This document shows, piece after piece, positions 35,677 through 46,852 of a stretch of DNA of 64,000 nucleotides. Below the pieces are notes generated by a model that saw nothing but the letters and a program-made list of their open reading frames with translations, was not told the DNA's origin and ran no database searches. The stretch's first letter is position 1. Each line of letters begins with the position of its first letter. A program made the translations under genes and the position numbers. The DNA comes from Gammaproteobacteria bacterium (GTDB lineage Bacteria > Pseudomonadota > Gammaproteobacteria > Steroidobacterales > Woeseiaceae). The stretch lies in assembly GCA_003331585.1 (NCBI GenBank), contig QOPG01000001.1, positions 50,209 through 114,208 of the forward strand, in the 5' to 3' direction.

Positions 35677-36930
35677 TTGAAAATTTTCTCAAAAAGGCAA
35701 CTTACTTTACTCATTTCATTCGGGTTTATACTTAATGGATGCGCTCCCTCGAATATTCAGATAAATCAAGAGCCAGGTTCAAACGTATTTATTTCTCCAA
35801 AAATGAGGGATGCGAACCTGATACCAGCTTCTCAGAACTTGAAAAAATTTCCAAATAAGATTGCCATTCTTCTGCCTCTAAGTGGTGATTACCAGAGACA
35901 AGGTGAGTCCGTTCTCAATGGATTTCTAGGAGCGCATTATTCGTTAAGCCCAGAGAATCAGGAAGTTGAAAACATCAGTGTATATGACACGCAAAAATAT
36001 GAAGATGTTAAAGATGCGTATGACGAGGCAGTGACCGATGGCGCTAAATTTATCGTGGGTCCGCTACTACAAAAATCTGTAAATCAGTTAACTCAAAAAA
36101 TCGCATTTAATGTCCCTGTTTTGGCTTTAAATTCTACTGAAGCAAATAATCGAATAATTGGACTGTATCAGTTCTCATTATCATCAATTGATGAGGTAAT
36201 CTCAACATCTAACAAAGTTATTAGTGATAATAATAAAATTGGGATCATTATCGTTCCTGATAATACACTTGGCCTTCAGCTTAAAGAAATATACAAAACT
36301 ACGTTTGAATCAATGGGAGGTATGATAATTGATGATCAGTTTTATGATCCAGAGAAACAAGATTATACAGAAGAGTTGAAAGACGTTCTAATTATAGAAA
36401 ATAGTGAAAAAAGACATAGAAGACTTTCTGCCAATCTTAACGAATTTTTAGCATTTAACCCAAGAAGAAGACAAGACATTGATTTTATCTTTTTACTAGC
36501 CACAGATACAACTAATGCAAAATTACTTAAATCGCAATTAAAGTATCATCTCTCTGGTGACGAACCAATTCCTGTGTATTCAACATCAAATATCTACTCA
36601 TTTAATGATGACCTCAGTGACCTAAATGGGATAACATTTACTGACGCTCCATGGGTTATTGATCAACAAAGTTGGCTTGAAAATCTCCCCTCAATCATCA
36701 GAAAATATTGGCCTGGTAATACCACGCAGAGCCGCCAAAACGCCATGGGTTATGATGCTTATTTTTTGATTTCAGAGTTAAGTAATATTAGAAATTACTC
36801 TATGAATGAATTTAATGGCGCAACTGGTCAACTATTTATGGATTATGACTTAAAAATAAGGAGGAGGCTTGCTTGGGCAAAATTAGTTAACGGAAATCTT
36901 GAAATAGAGGATAAAAATATTCAAGAATAA
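35677..36930 (+). CDS. lpoA: penicillin-binding protein activator LpoA, short form (C-terminal domain only)
   Basis: 417 aa with a TTG start. Lipobox ILNGC, then KIAILLPLSGDY and a PBP-type-I-like domain. Conserved rsmI-divergent position. Confidence 0.7.
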   Translation: MKIFSKRQLTLLISFGFILNGCAPSNIQINQEPGSNVFISPKMRDANLIPASQNLKKFPNKIAILLPLSGDYQRQGESVLNGFLGAHYSLSPENQEVENISVYDTQKYEDVKDAYDEAVTDGAKFIVGPLLQKSVNQLTQKIAFNVPVLALNSTEANNRIIGLYQFSLSSIDEVISTSNKVISDNNKIGIIIVPDNTLGLQLKEIYKTTFESMGGMIIDDQFYDPEKQDYTEELKDVLIIENSEKRHRRLSANLNEFLAFNPRRRQDIDFIFLLATDTTNAKLLKSQLKYHLSGDEPIPVYSTSNIYSFNDDLSDLNGITFTDAPWVIDQQSWLENLPSIIRKYWPGNTTQSRQNAMGYDAYFLISELSNIRNYSMNEFNGATGQLFMDYDLKIRRRLAWAKLVNGNLEIEDKNIQE

Positions 36931-36938
36931 TTTAAGTT

Positions 36939-37316
36939 CTATTCCACTAATTTTAAATGCGATCTTTTTTCTTTTTTTATCTCTTCTCTATTCTCATTTT
37001 CAACTGAAAACACCATTCCTTCTCCGGTCTCTTTTGCGAATATATTCATTACCGCTTCGCATGGAATATTTACATTTACAGATTTGCCGTTAAATCGCGC
37101 ATCAAATGATATTGAATTTGAGTTTATTTCTAAATTATTTGATGCCGAATAACTGATATTTAGGGTTATTCTGTCATTTTCAATAAATTCATTTGGAACA
37201 CAAACATTATCAACTGAGCTATCAATAAGTATATGTGGTGTGTAATTATTATCACTTATCCAGTCGAACATTGCCCTGATAAAGTATGGTTTCTTGGGGA
37301 TCAATTGTTCTGCCAT
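36939..37316 (-). CDS. sspB: ClpXP adaptor / stringent starvation protein B
   Basis: 125 aa. KKPYFIRAMFDWISDNNYTPHILID. Downstream of sspA. Confidence 0.9.
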   Translation of the reverse strand: MAEQLIPKKPYFIRAMFDWISDNNYTPHILIDSSVDNVCVPNEFIENDRITLNISYSASNNLEINSNSISFDARFNGKSVNVNIPCEAVMNIFAKETGEGMVFSVENENREEIKKEKRSHLKLVE

Positions 37317-37331
37317 AAAAAAATCAAATAT

Positions 37332-37961
37332 TTATAATCTCATTTCTTGCTCAAGCTCGCTTAAGCTAGATTGAAATGATGGACGATCAAAAACTCTATC
37401 CATATATTTTTCAATTACAGCTGCATCAGAACCCAAGTCAATGCCATAGATTGGTAATCTCCAAAGTATTGGCGCGATCGAACAATCTACAAGCGAGAAA
37501 TCATCACTTATAAAATAATCTTTAACAGAAAATAGGTCGATTACCGATAGAATACCCTCTCTAAGCAACTTTTTTGGCTTTGTTGAGAGTTTTGCCTCAT
37601 TTTCAGAAGAGAAATTCTCTACCAAAGAATACCAATCACTCTCGATTCTGTGAAGGGCCATTCTAAATTGAGCACGAAGTACTGGATCAACGGGCATGAG
37701 AGGCGGGTGAGGAAAGCGTTCATCCAAGTACTCTATAATAACCCTAGAATCATAGAGCACTAAATCTCTGTCGATAAGAGTTGGAAGATTATGATAAGGA
37801 TTAACATCCATAAGATCCTCAGGAAGATCAGGACCCTTAACACTCGTTATATCAATATTTATATTCTTTTCCGCCAGAACAATTCGTGTCCGATGACTGT
37901 GAATGCATGTTGGACCTGAAAAGAGATTCATAATAGATCTTCTGTTCGCAATTACTGACAT
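37332..37961 (-). CDS. sspA: stringent starvation protein A (GST-like)
   Basis: 209 aa. ANRRSIMNLFSGPTCIHSHRTRIVLAEK aligns closely with the E. coli SspA N-terminus. Confidence 0.93.
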   Translation of the reverse strand: MSVIANRRSIMNLFSGPTCIHSHRTRIVLAEKNINIDITSVKGPDLPEDLMDVNPYHNLPTLIDRDLVLYDSRVIIEYLDERFPHPPLMPVDPVLRAQFRMALHRIESDWYSLVENFSSENEAKLSTKPKKLLREGILSVIDLFSVKDYFISDDFSLVDCSIAPILWRLPIYGIDLGSDAAVIEKYMDRVFDRPSFQSSLSELEQEMRL

Positions 37962-38003
37962 AAAAATCCTTTGTTATATTTGTTAAAGAGTGGCTTAGAG
38001 AGT

Positions 38004-38726
38004 TTATTTAACTTCTTTCCAAATTTCTTTTTTAAGCAAGTAAGCCAATACCAAAAAGAATGCTAGGAATATTAATACTTTCACCCCGAGAGCCTGTCTT
38101 TCGTTTTTTATAGGCTCACTAATATACTCTAAAAAATTGACTGTATCACGCAAGAAAGAATTAAAGTCTTCTTCCGACATTTTTCCTGGTATCGTTATCT
38201 CAAGACGCTCTGAGCCAGATTCATCATTAATGTACTCTTGATGCCCCTGCAATTCCCATAAAACGTTCGGCATACTTGTGCCTGCCAAAATACTATTATC
38301 AACACCTGTTGGGCTAGAACTATCTATATAGAAACTTTTCAGGAATGTGTATACGTAATCTGTGCTTTTTGCCCTTGCCATAAGAGATAAATCAGGAGGG
38401 GCTTGACCAAACCAGCCTGCAGCATCTTCCATTTCCATTGAGGTATTAATCGTATCGAAAGACTGCTGAGCATTAAACATTAGATATTTCTTTAGTTGAG
38501 ACTGAGTAATACCAAGATCTTCACCGATTACATCATAACGAATATATTCAGCAGAATGACACCCGGAACAATAATTCATAAAATTCCTAGCACCCCTTTG
38601 CAGTGAACTTACATCACCAGAATCATTGTTAGCTTTTTCAAGCGTTTTCTGAGTTGCTGCGTAAATTCCTGAGTTAAAAGAACAGATCATTGCCAGTATG
38701 ATTAATATATATTTATTAATTTTCAT
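38004..38726 (-). CDS. petC: cytochrome c1 subunit of ubiquinol-cytochrome c reductase
   Basis: Heme motif CSGCHS and a C-terminal TM anchor. The ATG at 38726 lies 1 nt after the petB stop, whereas the track start at 38765 overlaps petB. Confidence 0.9.
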   Translation of the reverse strand: MKINKYILIILAMICSFNSGIYAATQKTLEKANNDSGDVSSLQRGARNFMNYCSGCHSAEYIRYDVIGEDLGITQSQLKKYLMFNAQQSFDTINTSMEMEDAAGWFGQAPPDLSLMARAKSTDYVYTFLKSFYIDSSSPTGVDNSILAGTSMPNVLWELQGHQEYINDESGSERLEITIPGKMSEEDFNSFLRDTVNFLEYISEPIKNERQALGVKVLIFLAFFLVLAYLLKKEIWKEVK

Positions 38727-38727
38727 C

Positions 38728-39966
38728 TCAAGTGACTCTTGATGGAACTGGTTTGGTTTTATCAATAGCCGAGTAATAAGGCATCAATAAAAAGAAGGCA
38801 AAATAAAGAATTCCAAAAAATCTTGCCATTGATACATAAATACCATCAGCAGGAAGGACGCCGAGCACCCCTAGAGATATAAAACTAATTACAAATAAGG
38901 AGAGAGAAGTTTTATAAATCCAACCACGATAACGAATAGATTTTACTTTTGAACGATCGAGCCAAGGAAGGAACAAAGGAAGCAATACAGATAAACCCAT
39001 CGCTATTGCGCCACCAAGCTTATCTGGGACTGCCCTCAATATTGCATAATATGGGGTAAAGTACCATACAGGTGCAATGTGTTCTGGTGTTGCCGATGGA
39101 TTTGCTTTCTCAAAATTAGCGTACTCTAAAAAGTACCCACCCATATCAGGGGCAAAAAATACGACAACAGAGAATATCATTAAAAACGCAATTATTGCTA
39201 CGAGATCTTTGCTTGTATGATAGGGATGAAAAGCAACTCCATCCACAGGAATGCCGTCTTCATTTTTATGATCTTTTATCTCAATCCCATCTGGATTATT
39301 TGAACCAACTTCATGTAGAGCTACGATATGCACAAAAATTAAAGCAATCAGTGCTAATGGAAGCGCAATGACATGAAGCGCGAAGAAGCGATTGAGAGTG
39401 ATATCTGAGATAGAGTAATCTCCTCGAATAATCTCAACCAATGCCTCACCGACGAATGGTATTGCACCAAATATAGAAATAATTACTTGAGCGCCCCAAT
39501 AAGACATTTGACCCCAAGGGAGAAGATAGCCTGCGAATGCTTCAGCCATCAAGACAATAAAAATTAACATTCCTATTATCCAGATTAGTTCTCGAGGCTT
39601 TTTATAAGATCCGTATAACATAGCCCGAAACATATGCAAATAAACCACAACAAAGAAAAATGAAGCACCTGTAGAGTGCATGTATCTGATTAGCCACCCC
39701 CATTCAACATCTCTCATGATGTATTCAACAGATGAAAATGCTTCTGCTGAAGATGGTTTGTAGTTCATTGTCAAAAAGATACCAGTTAATAGCTGAATAA
39801 CGAGCACAACCATTGCTAATACGCCGAAAACATACCAGATATTAAAGTTCTTCGAAGCATAATATTCAGTAATATGCTCTCTCATAGTTTCTGAATATGG
39901 AAATCTTGCGTCTATCCAAGATAATATTTTCCCGCTGTTTTCATTTTGTTTTTTATCTTTCATCAT
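38728..39966 (-). CDS. petB: cytochrome b
   Basis: 412 aa with typical cytochrome b sequence (WGWLIRYMHSTGASFFF, PEWYF-like PVWYFTPYY). Confidence 0.95.
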   Translation of the reverse strand: MMKDKKQNENSGKILSWIDARFPYSETMREHITEYYASKNFNIWYVFGVLAMVVLVIQLLTGIFLTMNYKPSSAEAFSSVEYIMRDVEWGWLIRYMHSTGASFFFVVVYLHMFRAMLYGSYKKPRELIWIIGMLIFIVLMAEAFAGYLLPWGQMSYWGAQVIISIFGAIPFVGEALVEIIRGDYSISDITLNRFFALHVIALPLALIALIFVHIVALHEVGSNNPDGIEIKDHKNEDGIPVDGVAFHPYHTSKDLVAIIAFLMIFSVVVFFAPDMGGYFLEYANFEKANPSATPEHIAPVWYFTPYYAILRAVPDKLGGAIAMGLSVLLPLFLPWLDRSKVKSIRYRGWIYKTSLSLFVISFISLGVLGVLPADGIYVSMARFFGILYFAFFLLMPYYSAIDKTKPVPSRVT

Positions 39967-40547
39967 ACTTCACTAGGATTGATACCAATGGTAATTACAT
40001 CTGACTGTGTAAAACTATATGGAGGGACTTTAAGATTAGTCGGAGCAGGAACACCCTTATAGACTCGCCCAGATAAATCAAATTTTGACCCATGACATGG
40101 ACAAAAGAATCCACCAAACCAATCATCAGAGGGTGTTACCTCAAATTGAGGTAAGGGAGCACAACCGAGATGAGTGCATGCACCTTCAACAACCAGATAT
40201 TCTGGATTTAAAGATCGATGCTCATTGATTGCAAACTCAGGTTGTATATCTGGCTCCAATGAATCTGGATCTCTTAGTAAATCGGTAAGACCTGCAAGCC
40301 TTGATAACATTTCATTTGTTCTTCTCAAGACATATACAAGCTTCCCTCTCCATACAACTCTAATCATTTCACCTGGCTCTAAAGAAGAGAGAGGCACTTC
40401 TACAGGAGCTCCTAGAGCGCGTGCTCTAGCACTTGGTTTTAATGATGATAAAAATGGAACAGCGGCAAAACCAAATCCGACGATACCGGTAGCTGCTGTT
40501 GCTGCTCCTAAAAAATGTCTTTTATTTTTATCAATTTTTTCTGACAT
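39963..40547 (-). CDS. petA: ubiquinol-cytochrome c reductase Rieske iron-sulfur subunit
   Basis: CTHLGC and CPCHGS cluster boxes. ATG at 40547 preceded by GAGGAAAAAG. Tat-like N-terminus NKRHFLG. Confidence 0.93.
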   Translation of the reverse strand: MSEKIDKNKRHFLGAATAATGIVGFGFAAVPFLSSLKPSARARALGAPVEVPLSSLEPGEMIRVVWRGKLVYVLRRTNEMLSRLAGLTDLLRDPDSLEPDIQPEFAINEHRSLNPEYLVVEGACTHLGCAPLPQFEVTPSDDWFGGFFCPCHGSKFDLSGRVYKGVPAPTNLKVPPYSFTQSDVITIGINPSEV

Positions 40548-40753
40548 CTTTTTCCTCAAAAAAATCAAATATCATAGTTCTATATCTTGAGTCACATAAA
40601 TTAACTTTCAAGATCAGAAGAAAGGATCATTACTTTTATTGTTAAGATTATTTTTATATTTTAAGTTGGTATTTATAAAATAGTGGTTATCGAAGACATT
40701 ATACACTTTGATATATGCATTAAGCTAGACAATATTGTGCAAAAATCTGAAGT

Positions 40754-42016
<1,263 letters not shown>

Positions 42017-42256
42017 CTAGCTCTGATCTTTCCACTCATTGTTTGTATATACTTTGATTGACAAAGCATGTATTTCATTTCCTACAGCGTCTCCAAGACA
42101 TCCGTACACTAGTTGATGTCTTGCAATACGCGATTTTCCTTCAAACTGATCGCTAACAATTATCGCTTCAAAGTGTGTTTCATCATCACTTTTGACAACA
42201 ACTTTAGCGTCAACCAAAGCTTCTTCTAATATTCGTAATATTTGATCTTTTTTCAT
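42017..42256 (-). CDS. ibaG: BolA family protein (IbaG/YrbA)
   Basis: 79 aa. RHQLVY motif. Immediately upstream of murA as in E. coli. Confidence 0.85.
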   Translation of the reverse strand: MKKDQILRILEEALVDAKVVVKSDDETHFEAIIVSDQFEGKSRIARHQLVYGCLGDAVGNEIHALSIKVYTNNEWKDQS

Positions 42257-42400
42257 TTATAAAACTATCCTTTAGGTTTGATATTCTATTACAAGGTCAA
42301 AAAAATTCTATTGTAACCGCAATAAATTTAGTATTTTGCTATTATATGCATGCTTCATAACTATCTTATATGTTCAATCAATTTCAATAATACTAAATTT

Positions 42401-43369
42401 ATGATCACATCTCTTATTTTACTTTCAATTGGGATATATTTATTAATCCTTGGGTCTGATTTCTTTGTAGAAGGCTCAACCTCGATTGCTAAAATCCTTA
42501 AAATCCCAATGATTGTAATTGGTTTAACAATTGTAGCATTTGCAACTTCTGCACCAGAGATCTTAGTATCTATTGTTGCAGCAATGAGCAACGAGTCGAA
42601 TTTAGCCGTTGGGAATGCCATTGGATCAAATACCGCGAATATAGCTCTTGTTCTAGGTTCTATGGCTATAGTTAAGGCAGTACCTATGGATTCTTTAGTT
42701 TTAAAAAAATTAATAAAAAATCTCCTAATTATAACGATTTTGATGATTATTCCGTTTCTGGATAGTTTAATTTCTCAATCTGAAGGATTTATTATCTTAA
42801 TTGGTTTTTCAATGATTATGCTTTGGCTACTGAGATTCAGCCTGGAATTATCAAAAGATAATCACACAACAAAAAATTATGTGGATCAAGAATCATTAGA
42901 TTCTTCGGCTCACCATTCTTTTGCGAATTCAGTTTTTTGTTTAATTTTTGGTCTATTTCTTTTGTTTTATGGGGCGGATATGGTTGTTAATAATGCGATT
43001 GAAATTGCCACAATTCTTAATATCTCTGAAACGGTCATTGGAATCACAATAGTTGCAATAGGAACTAGCTTGCCTGAACTTAGTGTATCTATCACAAGTG
43101 CAATAAAAGGTCAGCATGGATTAGCTGTTGGAAATATTATTGGATCAAATATATTTAATCTGTTGGCTGTAATTGGTGTCGCGTCCTCAATTAGTCCTGC
43201 TATCCTTCCAGAAAATACACTCACAGTTCATTTTTTTCTCATGTTAATGCTAACAATAATCGTATCTGCTATAACTTTTCGAAATAACAAGCAAATCAAA
43301 AGAATAGAGGGTTTTTTGTTATTATTAATATTCCTAAGTTATATCGGATATATTATTTATAATAATTAA
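42401..43369 (+). CDS. yrbG: calcium/sodium antiporter (CaCA family, YrbG-like)
   Basis: Two alpha-repeats (GNAIGSNTANIAL, GNIIGSNIFNLL). ATG at 42401 matches the YrbG N-terminus. Confidence 0.88.
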   Translation: MITSLILLSIGIYLLILGSDFFVEGSTSIAKILKIPMIVIGLTIVAFATSAPEILVSIVAAMSNESNLAVGNAIGSNTANIALVLGSMAIVKAVPMDSLVLKKLIKNLLIITILMIIPFLDSLISQSEGFIILIGFSMIMLWLLRFSLELSKDNHTTKNYVDQESLDSSAHHSFANSVFCLIFGLFLLFYGADMVVNNAIEIATILNISETVIGITIVAIGTSLPELSVSITSAIKGQHGLAVGNIIGSNIFNLLAVIGVASSISPAILPENTLTVHFFLMLMLTIIVSAITFRNNKQIKRIEGFLLLLIFLSYIGYIIYNN

Positions 43370-43397
43370 TCATTCCAATCCAGATAGAAATATATCA

Positions 43398-44381
43398 ATG
43401 AAGAAAATGAATAATAAGAAAAAAATTGAATTCGCGAAAGAAGTCATGCTGATCGAGTCTGACGCAATTAGAGGGGTGGCTAACTCGTTGGATCAATCAT
43501 TTTGCGATGCTTGCGATATGATTCTGTCTAATAAAGGTAAAGTGATAACACTTGGCGTTGGAAAATCTGGACATATAGCAAGAAAAATTTCAGCCACGTT
43601 ATCAAGCACAGGCACATCTTCATTTTACATAAATGCAACTGATGCCAGTCACGGTGATTTGGGTATGATCTCAAAGTCAGATATTATGCTTGCAATCTCA
43701 TATTCTGGGGAAACAAAGGAACTACTTACACTGCTTCCATCCTTAAAGAAAATGAATGTTAGTATTATTTCTATAACAGGCAATGATAAATCCTCATTGG
43801 CGCTAGCGTCAGCTATACATATTTTGGCTGAAATTCACAAAGAGGCATGTCCTCTTAATTTGGCGCCAACTGCGAGCACTACGGCAAGTTTGGCAATAGG
43901 TGATGCATTAGCAGCAACATTAACTGAATGTCGAAATTTCTCATCTAAAGATTTTGCAATTTCACATCCAAGCGGTTCCTTAGGTAAGCGCTTGCTATTA
44001 ACAGTTGACGAAATAATGCATGTTGGAGATAGAATGCCCAAAATTGAACCAAAAAAAACACTCAGTGAAGGTTTGGTGGAAATGTCAAAAAAAAGCCTTG
44101 GCATGATTGCAATCACAAACTCGAAAAATAAAGTTCTTGGTATATTTACAGATGGTGATTTACGAAGGGCTCTCGATAGAAAAGTAAATGTTCACGAAAC
44201 AATAATGGAAGATGTTATGAGTAAGAACTTCATCCACTCTCCAAGAGATACATTAGCAATTGATGCCATGAAATTACTTAAAAAAAACAAAATAACTCAC
44301 ATGATAATCACAGATGATAATAAGATTTTATTAGGAGCACTTAATATTCACGATCTATTAGAAGCGGGGATTATGAGGTGA
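43398..44381 (+). CDS. kdsD: arabinose-5-phosphate isomerase
   Basis: 327 aa. SIS domain GVGKSGHIARKISATLSSTGT plus a C-terminal CBS pair. Confidence 0.93.
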   Translation: MKKMNNKKKIEFAKEVMLIESDAIRGVANSLDQSFCDACDMILSNKGKVITLGVGKSGHIARKISATLSSTGTSSFYINATDASHGDLGMISKSDIMLAISYSGETKELLTLLPSLKKMNVSIISITGNDKSSLALASAIHILAEIHKEACPLNLAPTASTTASLAIGDALAATLTECRNFSSKDFAISHPSGSLGKRLLLTVDEIMHVGDRMPKIEPKKTLSEGLVEMSKKSLGMIAITNSKNKVLGIFTDGDLRRALDRKVNVHETIMEDVMSKNFIHSPRDTLAIDAMKLLKKNKITHMIITDDNKILLGALNIHDLLEAGIMR

Positions 44382-44388
44382 ATTTATC

Positions 44389-44868
44389 ATGATAAATAAA
44401 ATTAGAGATATTAAACTTATCGGCTTTGATGTTGATGGTGTATTTACTGATGGAAAAATTTATATCAGTGAAGAAGGAAAAGAATCAAAAGTTTTTCATA
44501 CACAGGATGGTCAGGGCATAAGGCAGCTAATAGATCATGGTATTAAAATTTTAGTTATCAGTGGAAGAGACTCAACCGCTACAAAAAAAAGAATGCAAGA
44601 GCTAGGTATCACAGATTTTTTTCTTGGTTGTAGAGAAAAAAAGCCTATCTTCCAAAAAAAAGTAAGTGAATATAACTTCACTCTCTCCGATTGTGCTTTC
44701 GTTGGAGACGATATGTCGGATAAAGATATATTAGAGATAGTAGGTTTTCCGATTGCTGTTTCTAATGCAAGAGAGAGTATCAAAAAAATATGTGCTTATA
44801 CCACAAAAAATTCAGGTGGGAATGGTGCTATCAGAGAGATTACAGATTTAATAATTAACCAGAAATAA
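44389..44868 (+). CDS. kdsC: 3-deoxy-D-manno-octulosonate 8-phosphate phosphatase
   Basis: 159 aa. HAD motif FDVDGVFTDG and VGDDMSD. Position after kdsD. Confidence 0.9.
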   Translation: MINKIRDIKLIGFDVDGVFTDGKIYISEEGKESKVFHTQDGQGIRQLIDHGIKILVISGRDSTATKKRMQELGITDFFLGCREKKPIFQKKVSEYNFTLSDCAFVGDDMSDKDILEIVGFPIAVSNARESIKKICAYTTKNSGGNGAIREITDLIINQK

Positions 44869-44872
44869 AAAT

Positions 44873-45448
44873 ATGATTAACCTTGTTAAACAGAATATAA
44901 ATTTCGTATTTTTAATCATTCTTTCAATAAGTGCATGGTCTTTAAATAAATCTTTTGAAACTAAAGAATCGATAATGATCGATGAGAAAAGCAAAATAGA
45001 AAACAAATTCTATCTAAAATCCTCTAAAATAATCAGTACTGATAGATCCGGTATACATCTATTCACTATGGATGCTAAATACGCAGAACAAGAATCAACT
45101 AATATAATTAATTTTTATGATGTAAAAATATCTTATTCACCTCAATCAAAAATATCGTGGATTATCACTTCCGACAAGGCAATAAAAATTGCCAACGAAG
45201 ACTTTTTTCTTTTAGAAGGTAACGTTAAAGCTTCTACCTTGAAAGAATCGTCACAAGAAACAATTGTCCTAACAGATCAATTAGAAGTTGATCCACAAAG
45301 ATATTTAATTAAAACTGAAAAAATGGTAACCATTAACATAGATGGTAATAATCTTTCTGCTGAAGGAATGATGGCTATTCTTAATGAGGACAGACTGGAA
45401 TTAAAATCTAAAATTAAAGGTAAATTTTTACAAAAGAATATTCAATAA
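44873..45448 (+). CDS. lptC: LPS export system protein LptC
   Basis: 191 aa with an N-terminal TM anchor. Conserved kdsC-lptC-lptA-lptB position. Confidence 0.8.
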   Translation: MINLVKQNINFVFLIILSISAWSLNKSFETKESIMIDEKSKIENKFYLKSSKIISTDRSGIHLFTMDAKYAEQESTNIINFYDVKISYSPQSKISWIITSDKAIKIANEDFFLLEGNVKASTLKESSQETIVLTDQLEVDPQRYLIKTEKMVTINIDGNNLSAEGMMAILNEDRLELKSKIKGKFLQKNIQ

Positions 45449-45461
45449 TCTCAAATAAGAT

Positions 45462-46106
45462 ATGAAAAATATAATCTCGAGCGGACCGATGAAAAAAAAA
45501 GGCGAAATTAACAAAATATTTAAATTATTGATAATTTTTATAAGCCTGATGTCTTGTATAAAGATTTTTTCCCAGATTAACTCTTCTGAACTTCCCATCA
45601 ATATTAATGCGGAATCTACAGGTTACATTGGAGACCAATCAACCTTAACTTTTGAAAAAATCAATATCAGTCAAGGTGATATCAGTATTTATGCTGATTA
45701 TGGTGAATCAAGCAAATTAGACTTTGAGAATAGCATTTGGAAATTCGAAGGCAATATAGAAATTAAAATTGAAAATGGAAGCATCAATTCTGATTATGCT
45801 TATATCGAATTCAAAAAACATCGGATTAAAAATGTAAAAATCAGAGGTGTTCCAGCTACACTCAGTATGACAAGAGAAGGAAAGAAAACTCAGACTATCG
45901 CAAAAGCGAATCGCATTGATTATGATTTCGAAAAATCGTTAGTTGATTTTTCCGGAAATGTTTCAATCGAAGAGGACGGAAATCAGATATCGAGTGATTA
46001 TCTTGTATATAACTTGGATAATCAGTCTATTCAAGCTCAATCAGATAATAAAGGTGACCCAAAGGTTAAAATCACCTATACCCCAAATATAAGTAGGAAT
46101 GAATAA
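45462..46106 (+). CDS. lptA: LPS transport periplasmic protein LptA (OstA-like)
   Basis: 214 aa with a signal-like N-terminus and a beta-rich repeat pattern. Conserved position. Alternative start at 45489. Confidence 0.8.
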   Translation: MKNIISSGPMKKKGEINKIFKLLIIFISLMSCIKIFSQINSSELPININAESTGYIGDQSTLTFEKINISQGDISIYADYGESSKLDFENSIWKFEGNIEIKIENGSINSDYAYIEFKKHRIKNVKIRGVPATLSMTREGKKTQTIAKANRIDYDFEKSLVDFSGNVSIEEDGNQISSDYLVYNLDNQSIQAQSDNKGDPKVKITYTPNISRNE

Positions 46107-46110
46107 ATTC

Positions 46111-46836
46111 ATGAGCCTCTTAAAAGCAAAAAAGATCTCAAAAAGCTATAAATTGCTAGAAGTAATCAAGGAAATTTCATTTGAAATAAGCAGCGGTGAA
46201 GTTGTAGGTTTATTGGGTCCTAATGGAGCCGGAAAAACAACAGCATTCTATATTATTGTTGGTTTAGTCATGGCGGATAGAGGTTCTGTTTATCTTGATG
46301 ATAAAAATATTACCGAATTAAATATGCATCAACGTGCAAATTTAGGTCTAGGTTACTTGCCGCAAGAAGCATCTATTTTTCGTAAACTTACTGTAGAGGA
46401 AAATATTCTTGCTATTCTAGAATATCAAACCCAAATGAGTCATATCGAGCGACAACAAAAATTGGATCAACTTCTAGAAGAATTGCATATTGGCCATGTT
46501 AAAAAAAGTCAGGGGATAAATCTTTCAGGCGGAGAAAGAAGAAGAGTTGAGATTGCTAGAGCATTAGCTGCAAATCCAAATTTTATCTTGTTGGATGAAC
46601 CATTTGCAGGAGTGGATCCTATTTCAGTAATAGATATACAAAGAATTATTACGCAACTCAAAAATCAAAATATAGGAATCTTGATTACAGATCATAATGT
46701 TCGGGAAACGCTCGGAATATGTGAACGAGCTTATATACTCAATGATGGAGATCTAATTGCCTCAGGTTCTCCAGAGGAGATTCTTTCAGATACTAATGTT
46801 CGAGAAGTTTATCTCGGGCATGACTTTAAGCTTTGA
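46111..46836 (+). CDS. lptB: LPS export ABC transporter ATP-binding protein
   Basis: Walker [10 protein letters not shown], signature LSGGERRR, Walker B ILLDEP. The ATG at 46111 aligns with the E. coli LptB N-terminus. Confidence 0.95.
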   Translation: MSLLKAKKISKSYKLLEVIKEISFEISSGEVVGLLGPNGAGKTTAFYIIVGLVMADRGSVYLDDKNITELNMHQRANLGLGYLPQEASIFRKLTVEENILAILEYQTQMSHIERQQKLDQLLEELHIGHVKKSQGINLSGGERRRVEIARALAANPNFILLDEPFAGVDPISVIDIQRIITQLKNQNIGILITDHNVRETLGICERAYILNDGDLIASGSPEEILSDTNVREVYLGHDFKL

Positions 46837-46852
46837 TAATTAATGTGGTGAT

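Noticed and set aside
40174-40590. 138-aa plus-strand ORF
   Set aside because: It lies entirely antisense to the well-supported Rieske gene petA. It has no motifs, a Ser/Ala-rich spurious frame and no RBS.
45492-45500. A9 homopolymer tracts near the 5' ends of lptA (45492-45500) and rnd (62996-63004) as possible phase-variation switches
   Set aside because: Poly-A runs encoding Lys are common throughout this AT-rich sequence. Both genes are essential-type housekeeping genes and both frames are intact.
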